This document shows positions 1 through 10,754 of a stretch of DNA of 64,000 nucleotides, one piece after another. Positions within the stretch are counted from its first letter, which is position 1. Each line of letters opens with the position of its first letter. The stretch is from Candidatus Heimdallarchaeota archaeon (GTDB lineage Archaea; Asgardarchaeota; Heimdallarchaeia; Hodarchaeales; Hodarchaeaceae): contig RDOB01000002.1 of assembly GCA_011364965.1 (NCBI GenBank), forward strand, positions 480,001 through 544,000. The letters are read 5' to 3'. Position numbers and translations under genes: made by a program. The notes beneath the pieces are model-generated. The model searched no databases. It was given only the letters and a program-made list of their open reading frames with translations, and was not told where the DNA came from.

Positions 1-1921
1 AATAATAAAAACTGTTTATTCTTATTAAATTAAAGAATTTAAGAAGACCCAAAGGAAAATCGTTTCCCTTTTCGATCTTAGTTTTAAGAAGTTTAAGCAA
101 TGGAAATATTGATTCTACGTTCTCTTTCATAGCAGGATAACGGATCCCCACACAAGCCATGACTAAACCCAAATTACTTCTCTTATTTTTCCAGTTGAAA
201 GCTTCTGTGTTATCTTCATACCAATAGAACATTCGAGTTTCATTTAATGCAGTTAAATTAGCAAAATCAAGATACTTATCCTCTCCTGTAAGGTTATATA
301 ATTCAGTTAAGCCAGCAACTCCATAAGCAAGTTCTAAAGGTTCCCAAAATAATTCATCAGGAGAGAAACTGATAAATTTATCTGCAGCCTTTCGTGCTTC
401 AGTTAAATATACTGAATCAGAGAATAAAGAATATGCTTGGATCATAATATAGATGTGAATTCCTAAGCAGGCATAATTCTTAGCAATAAGTGTCCAATCC
501 ATGTTCTGTTTTCCTCGATGATCTATATAGGATCTTAATCTTCCTTCGTCCTTTTCAAGGGCAATTTTAAGAGGTTGAAGCGAAAAAGGATCGTAAAAAG
601 CTGTGATCTCATAACCATGCTTTTCTACGAATTCAATTGATTTATTAGCCATATTTCTAAAGGTTTCGATGTAAGTATTTTTCTCACCTAAAATGAGGGA
701 TTGTAGCCGAATTAACCATGCGAAACGTAAAATAGGTTCGAAAAAGTACCAAGAATCCCCTATTGATATGCGAGAAGGTTTTATAATTTTAATTTGCATA
801 TTCTCCTGATCAATGATTAGACCGTTATACAAGTAATTCTCTTTCTCATCAATGAAGTCCTTTACAGCAGAGATTGTGCGTCTTATGTGATTTTCCTGTT
901 GTTTGTTACTATGCAATTTTAAGAAGAGAATCCAAGGAGGAAGAATGTCCAACATAGTCATAGTTTCTGCTGCAAATTGGGATTTTTTTATCCCCTTTCG
1001 ACGTTGCTTTTCAGATTCATCTTGTACATATGCGAAGTATTTGGGAGCCTGCGGGTCAACCCAGCAATATTTCTCTTTTAATAAGTCGTTGATGCATTGT
1101 TGGCTAAAGTAAGTCCATGTCAAGTCTTTTTGGGGAAGATTTTGAGGAAAAGGAATAAAGCTAGGTAGTAATTCAAAACTGCGAGTAACCAGATTACGAA
1201 CAGCTTCCCATTGATTGGAAATATTTTCATGATATTCTTGTGAAATAAGAAAATTATAGTTTAAACGATTTTGAGGAGGAATTTTTACTTGTTTTGGTAA
1301 TTGAACCCGATTAAGCAATCCAAATACACCTTCAGGACGAAAGGCACATTCATAAATTGAGAAACGCTCAATCGTCTCTGGATTCATCCATTGCATTTCA
1401 GAAAAATCTACAAAAAAGTAAGTGGATAATGATGAGTTAGTATTCCATAAGTAACAAGCAGGCATATCATTGGATTTCCATTCATCTGTGTGAGGTGTAT
1501 GGCGCGTAGGTTGGTTAACAAAAATATGGTTTTTATCCTGTCTGGAAGAAGTGGAGGTCATTAAAGTAACTTCAGGAGCAAATTTATCGATCATTATTTC
1601 TTTCTTGGTAATAAGAGTAATTTTAAAATAAAACCAGAGTGTCTCTTTTAGAAATTTTTCAACACTTAATTCAATAATGTATCGATTATCGGTAAGAGAG
1701 GAAATAATTATATCAATTTTTTCTAAAGATGAATTATTTTCTATAATTTTTAGTTTAGTTTTTCCAAATTGCTTTACAAACGAACTTATATTCCAATTAA
1801 AATTATTTATCCACACTCTATTATGTAATAGCTGCAATGAAATATTGTACTCCTCTTCCATTTTAATAAGTTGGATTTTATGACTTTGAGTCATAATTTC
1901 TGATATGATTTGCGTTCGCAT
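1..1921 (-). CDS. Uncharacterised DSWYF-motif (alpha/alpha)-barrel, six-hairpin glycosidase-like protein, cytoplasmic; 3' end runs off the window (>=640 aa); paralog of 16768-18717
   Basis: Not in the ORF track. Hand translation from ATG 1921 (alternative 1894) stays open to base 2: MRTQIISE...LTWTYFSQQCINDLL...GDSWYFFEP...NYACLGIHIYIMIQAYSLF...LFWEPLELA...YPAMKENVESI...LKFFNLIRINSFYY. These blocks are colinear with the 16768-18717 protein. No signal peptide seen. Confidence 0.85.
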   Translation of the reverse strand, partial: MRTQIISEIMTQSHKIQLIKMEEEYNISLQLLHNRVWINNFNWNISSFVKQFGKTKLKIIENNSSLEKIDIIISSLTDNRYIIELSVEKFLKETLWFYFKITLITKKEIMIDKFAPEVTLMTSTSSRQDKNHIFVNQPTRHTPHTDEWKSNDMPACYLWNTNSSLSTYFFVDFSEMQWMNPETIERFSIYECAFRPEGVFGLLNRVQLPKQVKIPPQNRLNYNFLISQEYHENISNQWEAVRNLVTRSFELLPSFIPFPQNLPQKDLTWTYFSQQCINDLLKEKYCWVDPQAPKYFAYVQDESEKQRRKGIKKSQFAAETMTMLDILPPWILFLKLHSNKQQENHIRRTISAVKDFIDEKENYLYNGLIIDQENMQIKIIKPSRISIGDSWYFFEPILRFAWLIRLQSLILGEKNTYIETFRNMANKSIEFVEKHGYEITAFYDPFSLQPLKIALEKDEGRLRSYIDHRGKQNMDWTLIAKNYACLGIHIYIMIQAYSLFSDSVYLTEARKAADKFISFSPDELFWEPLELAYGVAGLTELYNLTGEDKYLDFANLTALNETRMFYWYEDNTEAFNWKNKRSNLGLVMACVGIRYPAMKENVESIFPLLKLLKTKIEKGNDFPLGLLKFFNLIRINSFYY

Positions 1922-2082
1922 ACAAGTTACTTCCGATTGGAACCTTTACAGTCTTAATAACCTACATTTTATTAATAAAATTTAATATTATCTGTTAAGA
2001 TCGAACATACTTTAAAATAAATATATTGCGTGTTTCTCTCGAGAGAATTACAGCAAAAACATTGAAATTATTTCAGTCCCTC

Positions 2083-2103
2083 ACCCAGATATCAGATATG
2101 GGT
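2083..2103. promoter_or_regulatory. Candidate operator ACCCAGAT-N5-ATATGGGT in a divergent promoter region
   Basis: Near-perfect 8-5-8 inverted repeat; the same motif recurs in three other intergenic regions of the locus. Confidence 0.65.
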
Positions 2104-2198
2104 AAGTAAAATTGCATAAAATTTAATAAATAAACTTGAAAGTAAGTTATAACTCGTTAAATGATAGAATATTATCTGCTCAAGTGCCTGTGATTCCT

Positions 2199-4388
2199 AT
2201 GAGTTTAGAAAGTAATGTTAAAGATTCTTCTGTAGATCCTGAATACGAATCAAGCGAATCTTATGAAGAATATATGAAACCTGAGACTGGATTAACCAAA
2301 AGATCTTTGATTATTGCATTAGCTACCCTCTTGATTTGGGGATTAATAAATATCTTTGCAGGGAATTTTGGAGATGCCCCTACGATATTGATTGAAGAAA
2401 TGTCAATCCTTTTTCCATTTTTCTTACTAATTTTTGGTTTACAAGCCCTTGAAAGAATTCGATTACGCGGTATGAAATTAACACGACAGGAATTATCCTT
2501 TATATGGGCAATGTTGATCGTAGGAATACCTATTACTAGTTCTGGATTTTTAGCTGGTCGTTTATTATTAAATGCAATGTTCACTCACCAAGATGAGGCT
2601 CTTTCCCCTCCAAGCGGTTGGGGTCCCTTTTTCTGGGCACCATCGCTGGAAGAAATCAATCGTGCATATGAGGGTGGCGCATTTCCTAATTATGCAGAGT
2701 GGGTTCTTCCACTTGCATTTTGGGCCGTTACTTGTATTGCTTGGGCATTTATGTGCTTGTTTTTAATACAGATTTTTCGAAAACCATGGGTAGATGTTGA
2801 ACGTCTAGCGTTTCCCCTTGCTCAGCCAGTACAAGAGCTACTTGAAGCTCCCTATGCTCCCTTGAAAGAGAAAAATAAGAGATATTTCTGGTTTGCCATA
2901 GGAGCGTTATTAGGTGTCATATACGCTTCATTTGAATTTTTAAGATCTGTGTTTCAAATTGATTTATTTGAAAATATAGATATTTTTGGATTTGTACCTG
3001 GTAGAGCCTGGATGATAGATATTGACCTAGGGAGCGAGTTTGGATTGAGTCAATTTTTACCAAATGCTTACTTAGAAGCTCGGCCTGAACCTATAATGAT
3101 TGCTGCTTTTCTTCTAGTTTCACTTAATGTTCTTCTATCAGGGTTGATTTTCTATTTATTGTTCTGGGTTCTCATTCCAGTTTTTGAGACAGAATTCGGA
3201 ATTATTGATCCCCCTACGATAGCTGCGTCTCCTCCTGATATTGATCTCGGATTTGCACGTTTAGGAGGAATCTCTCTATTTGCTTTCGGAGAATTTGGTA
3301 TGTTCTTTGGAATAGCTATTTGGGCAATAATTCTCCAAAGAAAGTATCTTGCTCGTAGTATTCGTGCAATTTGGGATCATTCAGTTATTGACGAATCAGG
3401 GGAACCAATTTCCTACAGAACTGCTTATTTAGGTTTGATTATTTGTACACTGGTATTCTTTCTCGCTCTAATATTAAGCGGGTCCCCCATCAATGGTGCT
3501 ATTTACACTGTTCTTTTTCTAATAATTGGCTATATTGCTGGGGCGCGGGTTCGGGCAGAAACTGCAGGAGCTGGAATAGGTCATCCTGGATACATACATT
3601 TACATGGTATGCATTCTGTTAGAGTGATTATAGGGACTGAAAACGCGCAAACCCCCGGTTTCTATGTTACTTCTATGTGGATGCAATTTTTCCAAAGAGA
3701 TGCTGCTCCTACAAGTCCAGCAATCTCCGCTTTGGAGGCATATAACGTTGCTCGTGTAACAAATACACGCACGAGGGATATTTTCGTAGCCCAAAGTGTC
3801 GGAATTATCTCAATTATCCTTTTATGTATCGTTGCATGGCCGATTCTTGCATATGCTTATGGATTAGCAAATGAATGGTCAGCTGAGGCAGGACATAATC
3901 TGGATTATAGTGAGTCATCACTTGAGCTAGCCACTGGAGGATTCTGGGATCATAGATCATATGGAATAGAAATTTGGGGTCAAGCGATTTTAGGAATGAT
4001 ATTTGCCATTGGATTGAATGTCCTTCGATTAAGTCGTCCTTGGTTACCTTTAAACCCCATTGTTGCTCCTATTCTACTTAGTATGCGTGGTCCATATTGG
4101 TGGCTTCCAATGTTGATTGCTTACTTAATCAAATTTACAACAGTAAGAATTGGAGGAACCCGTGCTTATACTACATATCTACTTCCTGCAGCAGTAGGGT
4201 ACTTGGTAGGTACTGCTGGTATCTGGGGATATTCACTCGTTTCTGTTATGATTCCAACTATATTCCCATTCTTGTTATTCAATCCATTGATTGAAACACT
4301 CTATTATAATGTACTTGTACTCGGGATTTGGGCTTTAGCTATCATTACAATAATAGGCTTCTTAGTATATAGATTGACACGAAGATAG
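2199..4388 (+). CDS. OPT-superfamily-like multi-pass membrane transporter (DUF6785/DUF6784-like)
   Basis: About 730 aa with many TM helices. RKPWVDVERLAFPLAQ resembles the W-x3-E-R-L-x-F/Y-P motif of this group; also R-x-R-A-E-x-G. Start moved to ATG 2199 (track gives TTG 2136). Confidence 0.75.
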   Translation: MSLESNVKDSSVDPEYESSESYEEYMKPETGLTKRSLIIALATLLIWGLINIFAGNFGDAPTILIEEMSILFPFFLLIFGLQALERIRLRGMKLTRQELSFIWAMLIVGIPITSSGFLAGRLLLNAMFTHQDEALSPPSGWGPFFWAPSLEEINRAYEGGAFPNYAEWVLPLAFWAVTCIAWAFMCLFLIQIFRKPWVDVERLAFPLAQPVQELLEAPYAPLKEKNKRYFWFAIGALLGVIYASFEFLRSVFQIDLFENIDIFGFVPGRAWMIDIDLGSEFGLSQFLPNAYLEARPEPIMIAAFLLVSLNVLLSGLIFYLLFWVLIPVFETEFGIIDPPTIAASPPDIDLGFARLGGISLFAFGEFGMFFGIAIWAIILQRKYLARSIRAIWDHSVIDESGEPISYRTAYLGLIICTLVFFLALILSGSPINGAIYTVLFLIIGYIAGARVRAETAGAGIGHPGYIHLHGMHSVRVIIGTENAQTPGFYVTSMWMQFFQRDAAPTSPAISALEAYNVARVTNTRTRDIFVAQSVGIISIILLCIVAWPILAYAYGLANEWSAEAGHNLDYSESSLELATGGFWDHRSYGIEIWGQAILGMIFAIGLNVLRLSRPWLPLNPIVAPILLSMRGPYWWLPMLIAYLIKFTTVRIGGTRAYTTYLLPAAVGYLVGTAGIWGYSLVSVMIPTIFPFLLFNPLIETLYYNVLVLGIWALAIITIIGFLVYRLTRR

Positions 4389-4405
4389 GAATTAGTGAGT
4401 AGAAA

Positions 4406-7400
4406 ATGGTAAAATTTCAATCTCTCCCAACCTTTTTTTTTTAGCTTTCATTTTATCGGGTATAATATTTATCAATATTGTAACCATTGAATTAAATTCA
4501 AGTAATAAGTCTGTCAGCAGAAATGCGCAGTATTCGCAACAAACTTCTGTAAATTTTTCAGATTTAGCTGATAACATAAATTCAACATATATTAAGAATA
4601 TTGAATCTCATATTTCAAATTTCACCAATTTTGGGAGTCGTTATACTGGATATCCTGGTTATCAGGATGCTGCTACTTATATTCAGAATTTCTTCCTTCA
4701 AGAAGGATTGTCTGACGTCGAAACCCTAACTTATCCCTTAATTTCTCCTATAGATTTTGGATCTGCAATTGAAATGAACGGAGCGAATTATACTGCCTAT
4801 ACGCTTGCTCCAAATTCTGTTCATACTTGTCAGACTCCCAAAGGAGGTATCAGGGGAATTCTTATAGATGGAGGTTCAGGTGAATATGCTGAACTTGATG
4901 GAAAGGAAATTAAAGATTCTATAGTATTATTAGAATTTAATTCGGGGAATAATTGGATAAATGTTGCAAGTTTGGGAGCTAAAAGTGTGATATTTCTTCC
5001 CCCCAAAGATACAAACAGATTCGAAGCAGCTGTAAAAACAATTGAAATCCCATTGAATTTTCCTCGACTATATATCGATAATCAAACGACTGCCTTATCT
5101 CTCAAGACTCTTGCTTTAACGCAAGAAAATGAGGTAATAATTCATTCTAACATGAGATTTGCGTCAATAGAAGCAGTAAATATTGTTGGTATCCTTCCTG
5201 GTAGTTCTACTGATCAAATAATTATATCCTCATATTTCGACTCAAACTCAATAGTTCCATCATTATCTCCAGGTGCTGATGAGTCATGTGGAATATCCAC
5301 ACTACTTGAATTAATTCGAATTTTTAATGATTATAACATTACACCAGAGAAAACAATTGTTTTTTTGGCTTTTTCTGGCCATAATCAAGCCGCAGCAGGT
5401 GCGAGAGAATTTGTTTACCAAAATTATGACAAATTAAATGTCGACTCAGGTATTAAGTTGTTCTTGTCGCTTGATTTTTCTGCTTCGAACAATAAAATAG
5501 GTATAAATCCGTATGGCTATCTCTATAGCTTTAAATTGCAATTTACTACTTCAAATAACCTTGAGGGGAGACTAAAAGACGTCGGAGAAGATTATCTTAT
5601 TAATTATGCTTCTGAAATCCGCAGTCAAACTGGATATACATTTGAGGTCAAATCCTTTATAAATAAACAACGATTTGAAGATATTGCTCCAATTATTTTT
5701 GTGGGTGATCAAGAACCATTTATCGCGAGTAATGTTCTGGGATTATCCTTCTTCACAATGGAATCTTATCGAATGCGCTATAACACGCCTTTTGATATTC
5801 CCTCCCAATTAAATATTGATTTATTAAAAGCTCAAGTAATCTATTCAGTATGTGCTATCACAGAACTTGTCAATGAGGTTAATCTAGATAGTATATTAGA
5901 TTTACAACATAAAGAATTTTCTTTAAAGCACACCACGCATGTTGGATTTGGTAATGTTGAGGGTTATTGTAAAGAGTATAATGAGAGTACTGCATGGCTT
6001 TCAAATGTCCCTAATGCTTTAATTCGTGTGACAACTCTCAATGAAGCCACACGTCAAAAAGGAATTTATGCTTATTACACTAAAACAGATGAAACTGGTC
6101 ATTTTCAAGTAAGGGGAGTATCATCATCTCAACCAGATTACCCCCTGAATTTTATAGCTGAAGGATATGTTTTTGATGCTGAAGGTATGTTGATTAAAGG
6201 TATCAATCTTGGAACACATGGCAAAACATTCAAGAATTCAAATAAATTAACGAATAAGAACACGTTTATCTACCCTACAGTGTTTAAATGTGGTACTCTA
6301 TCATTATTTGGAGTAATTCACCCATACAACCAAATTGAGGTTGCTGATCTTCTTTCATATCATATCTTAGATCCAGAAACAAGAACACTCTTTTTTTCCT
6401 ATGGTTATATAGGAACTAAAACTGTAAGTCTTGTCTTTATAAGTCCTGAAAAACCTTCAATCCTTGTTGGTAAGCTTCCTGATGGAGTTCTAGGAATTTA
6501 TATCACAAATTCTTCTTCGGATAATTTGCGAGGAAATGGTTTATCTGTATCATATGGGGAATTTCGCAATATTGGTCTACATGCTTTTCAATCGTCTCGC
6601 GATCTTCAAGCAATGACGCAAACTTATGTAAACCTTTATTCATCATATAATATCTATGATTCACTGGTTGACGATACATCGCAAAGAGCTGCAAATCTTA
6701 TTCAAGCCGCGAATACATTCTATTCCAATTTAGAATATTCCAAAGCCATAGTGACAATTAAACAAGTTCAAACATGGTCATATGATGCTTTCCAAGGCTC
6801 AAGACGGGTAATCGAGGATGGAACCTCCACAACAATCTTTTTTGCCATCCTACTTCTTCCATTTGCTTTTGTTATGGCTTCTTTGTTATTTGAATTTAAC
6901 TCTGGTGCAAAGAAAGTAGTTGTGACTAGCGGGATTTATGGGTTAACATTATTATTCTTTTACTTCATTCATCCCGGATTGCATTTGTCTTCAAACATTT
7001 TTATGATTATTATTGGGATAATTGCGATCATTTTCGTTTTTCCTGCCCTTTACATGATTTACCAAGAGGGATTTGACTTTCTTCGCAGTTTACGAGTCAA
7101 GCTTATTGGAGCTCATTTTGCGGATACGAGCCGTACATCCACAATACTTATAGCGATGAGTACAGGTATTTCTAGAATGAAGAAAAGAAAAGGTCGTACA
7201 ATTATAGCGCTATCAGGAATTGTACTAATAACTTTTTCTTTAACCTTATTTACTTCAGCTAGTACGCAAGTTTCAGTATTTGCTCGTGCAGAAAATCTCT
7301 CTACACCCTATAATGGAGTATATTTGAGAACTAAAGACTGGACTACTCCTTTATCGGAACAGCTTTTATCCACATTGGAAGTTCAGTACGGAAATGAATC

Positions 7401-8835
7401 TAGGATTTCAACAAGATGGTGGTTTTATCCTCCTAGCCAACAAGCAAACGGATTTGTCAATATTTCAACTCTCTCTGGAGATGCTAGTTGGGAGGGTGAA
7501 GCGATATTAGGTCTTACTGCTATAGAACCCCTATTCCAACCTGTTTTAACTGCTTTGTCCTCTGGAAATTGGTTTACTAATTCATCTGCCCATGAGTGTA
7601 TTTTATCTGATTACTCTGCCGAAATTTTGGGTATTAATATAAACGACACAGTTCTTTGGGCTGGTAGTGAATTTAATGTCGTGGGGGTGGTTGATGGACT
7701 AATTTTTGATGGATTTAGGGATTTTGATAATGAAGCATTACCTCCCAAAAACAGGCGTGCTCCCTCTCCTAATGTTCATATCAAAACCAATCAAACCTTT
7801 TTGTTACCTTCGGAAACAGCTCGTCTATTTGGTGCATCTCTCTACTCAATTTCAATTCTTGCGGAATCTGATCAAGCACTTGAGATTGCAGAAACTTCAT
7901 CTGCAACTTATGGACGTTATTTGGAGATTAGATCGGGTTTTAATGGTCAAGTTACAATACATAAAAGGGTAATACAGAATTTGGGACAAGGACTAGCAGA
8001 AATGGGGATTCCTTTGGCTATAGCTATTTTACTTATGATAAACACATCAGTTAGTACCGTTTATGAATCAAAAAAAGAAATCGCCATATTTACATCTCTT
8101 GGTTTAGCTCCATTCCACATCGCAGGACTATTTCTTGCTGAATTTCTAGTTTATGCTGTAATTGGTGCTGTGATAGGTTACTTAGGAGGTATTACCTCTG
8201 CTGTAACTTTATCTCTACTTGGATTATTTCCTGAATCATTAGCCATCAACTACAGTTCAGGGTCTGTAATCAATGCATTAATGTTTGGAATCTTCGGTAT
8301 CTTGATTAGTACAATATATCCTCTTAGAATATCTGCAAAAATGTCCGTTCCTTCTGTTAAACGTGCGTGGGAGCTTGAAACATCTCCAGAAGAAGATGGA
8401 AAGACATGGATTATTCCTCTTCCCTTTGTAGCTGCAACAGAAGAAGAAGCTGAGGGTATAATTGAATTCTTACGAGAGTTTTTCTATATTTATGAATCTG
8501 AGAGTGTTGGAGGAGCTTTTTTTGCACAAGAAATACAATCTAGAATCACAACAACTCCAAGAGTTGAGAAACATCTTCGAGCTATTGTAACATTAGCTCC
8601 ATTTGATATGGGATTGAAGCAAAAAGTAGATCTCTATACATATCTGGACGAAATTAACTTTAGATACGTATTTATCATCAATTTAGAAAGAATGGAAGGC
8701 ATTCTATCAGCTTGGGAAACATCTGTACGACGATTTGTCGATGCAATACGGAAACAGCTCTTAATTTGGAGAAGTTTACCTCAAGAAGAGAAAATTAGAA
8801 AATCAACAGATTTTCGAAAACACATTACAAAATAA
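4406..8835 (+). CDS. Large membrane protein: signal anchor, degenerate M28-fold/PA domain, beta-sandwich, TM bundle and FtsX-like permease; frameshift at T10 (4433-4442)
   Basis: The track ORF (4708-8835) frame is open back to 4399 and encodes the conserved GSRYTGYPG..AATYI and a hydrophobic anchor. The only nearby ATG (4406) is one base out of frame across the T10 run. FtsX motif ESKKEIAIFTSLGL present. Confidence 0.8.
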
Positions 8836-8850
8836 TTAAGAGGGTATAGA

Positions 8851-10737
8851 ATGACGGCAAGTATTGAAACCATTGAAGCAAATAGTACAAAAGAAACCTA
8901 TCAAAGCGGATTGACTTGGAGGGTTGGCCTAGCAGTTATCTATTCAGCTTTAATTATCCAACCAGCAGCAATTTACTTGTATTTCGTAACTAATAATTGG
9001 TTTATAGGAGCAGTTTTAAACACTACAATAGTGCTTTTTGCTGTTCTAGCGAAAATGGCTGACAATCCATTAACCAAGCAAGAAGTGTTTATAATGATTA
9101 ACGTCACTTCTACTGCTTTAGGTATGGAAATGATTGTTCAATTGGTCTTTAATTACTATTTGAAAAATCACCCGATAACCATATCTACCCTTATAGATGG
9201 AGTCTCCCTTAGTACCTTAATTCCTAATTGGTATGCACCAGAATGGTTTGGCCCAGTTAGAACCATGTTTAATCCAGTTTTTATCTTCCCCCTTATATTA
9301 TTAATGTTTATAGGTATAATCTCTAAGGCTACAGATATTTCTCTAGGCATAATTTTCAATTATCTTTATACTAAAGTTGAAGTCCTTCCTTTTCCAACTG
9401 CAGAAGTCGAAGCTGAGCGTTCAAAATCATTAACTTGGGAGGATAAAAGAAAATTACAAATTTTTTCGATGAGTGCAATTATTGCAAGTGTAGTGGGAAT
9501 AATTTTGTATGCTTTCCCGTTAGTAATGGGTTTAACCATTATACCTATACCATGGTTTGATTTTAATTCAGCAATTGAAGGAATTATACCTGGAGCTTCG
9601 TTTGGTATTGCTACAGACATAATTACCTTCGCTACAGCTTTTATTTTACCTTTCAACGTTGTACTCAGTATATTAATTGCTTCAGTTTTTGTGAATATTA
9701 TTATGAATCCTGTATTAGTTTCAATGGGACTACTTCCTCGTTGGGAACGAGGAATGAGTCTATTAGACACATTTAATAATTCTCAATTAGATTTCTGGCT
9801 TCCTTGGACTGTAGGACTTTTGATAAGCGCTGCGCTGATTCCTGTTCTGAGAAATCCTAAAATATTCTTTACCACAATAAGGGATCTGCGGAAATTGAGT
9901 CGAGGAAAGGGAGAGGGAGTAGAGAATCCTCCAAGGCTGAGTATTTTGATATTCTTTTTTCTTCTCGGAACGGTAGGATCCGTTGCCATAGCAATGTTTT
10001 TAATTCCAAATTTATCTGTCCAGCTGATAATAATATTGCTTATATTAACAGTGGGGTGGAGTTTCATTTCAACGTTAACCATGGCTTATGCTTTTGGAAT
10101 CACAGCAAATCTACCTGTTATACCATATATCAAGGAATCAGTTTTTGTGGCTGCAGATGTTCCACTTGGAGGAGAAATTTGGTTTGTCCCTTTGATAATT
10201 ACTCAAGGTGGGGCTGGATGGGTTGCAACTTTCAAAACTGCAGATTTAACCTATACCAAACGAGGGAGTTTGATAATTGCGTCGTATTTTGCTACTTTGG
10301 TTGCTTGGACTGCTGGTCTTTTTTGGGTATCTGCATTGTTGTCAATCTCTGAAGTTCCCTCTGTGATTTTTCCAGTACCATTTTGGCCATTGGAGGTTGG
10401 CCGGTCGGTAACGTTTGTTAGTAATCCAACAGTCGTAATAAATCCTTTAATTCTTGGAATGACTTTTATTATAGCATTAATTCTATATATAATTGAATGG
10501 CAAGCGATTTTACCAATATCAGTCATATCTATTGCTGTTGGAACTACCACTGCAATCCCCTCTGCTATCACATTATTTCTAGGTGCATTATTAGGTCATG
10601 TTTTGAAGGGTCGAATGAAGAAATGGGATTCTGACCGTGCAATAGTTGTTGCTGGTCTTGGTGCTGGATTGGGGATAGTTATCTCTCTTGCAACCTTCTT
10701 ATCTTTAATACTAAACACAATAGCTTTACCTTTTTGA
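8851..10737 (+). CDS. OPT/YSL-family oligopeptide transporter-like membrane protein
   Basis: 628 aa, many TM helices, N-terminal GLTWR, LTKQE and EVLPFPTA motifs typical of the OPT family. Confidence 0.75.
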   Translation: MTASIETIEANSTKETYQSGLTWRVGLAVIYSALIIQPAAIYLYFVTNNWFIGAVLNTTIVLFAVLAKMADNPLTKQEVFIMINVTSTALGMEMIVQLVFNYYLKNHPITISTLIDGVSLSTLIPNWYAPEWFGPVRTMFNPVFIFPLILLMFIGIISKATDISLGIIFNYLYTKVEVLPFPTAEVEAERSKSLTWEDKRKLQIFSMSAIIASVVGIILYAFPLVMGLTIIPIPWFDFNSAIEGIIPGASFGIATDIITFATAFILPFNVVLSILIASVFVNIIMNPVLVSMGLLPRWERGMSLLDTFNNSQLDFWLPWTVGLLISAALIPVLRNPKIFFTTIRDLRKLSRGKGEGVENPPRLSILIFFFLLGTVGSVAIAMFLIPNLSVQLIIILLILTVGWSFISTLTMAYAFGITANLPVIPYIKESVFVAADVPLGGEIWFVPLIITQGGAGWVATFKTADLTYTKRGSLIIASYFATLVAWTAGLFWVSALLSISEVPSVIFPVPFWPLEVGRSVTFVSNPTVVINPLILGMTFIIALILYIIEWQAILPISVISIAVGTTTAIPSAITLFLGALLGHVLKGRMKKWDSDRAIVVAGLGAGLGIVISLATFLSLILNTIALPF

Positions 10738-10754
10738 GAATAGAATCGACAATA

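Noticed and set aside
903-1883. Plus-strand ORFs 903-1112 and 1677-1883
   Set aside because: Antisense shadows of the real minus-strand gene at 1-1921
4392-4577. 61-aa minus-strand ORF
   Set aside because: Overlaps the true 5' part of the M28-FtsX gene
4708-4710. TTG start given by the ORF track
   Set aside because: Falls inside the conserved M28 N-terminus and would omit the signal anchor
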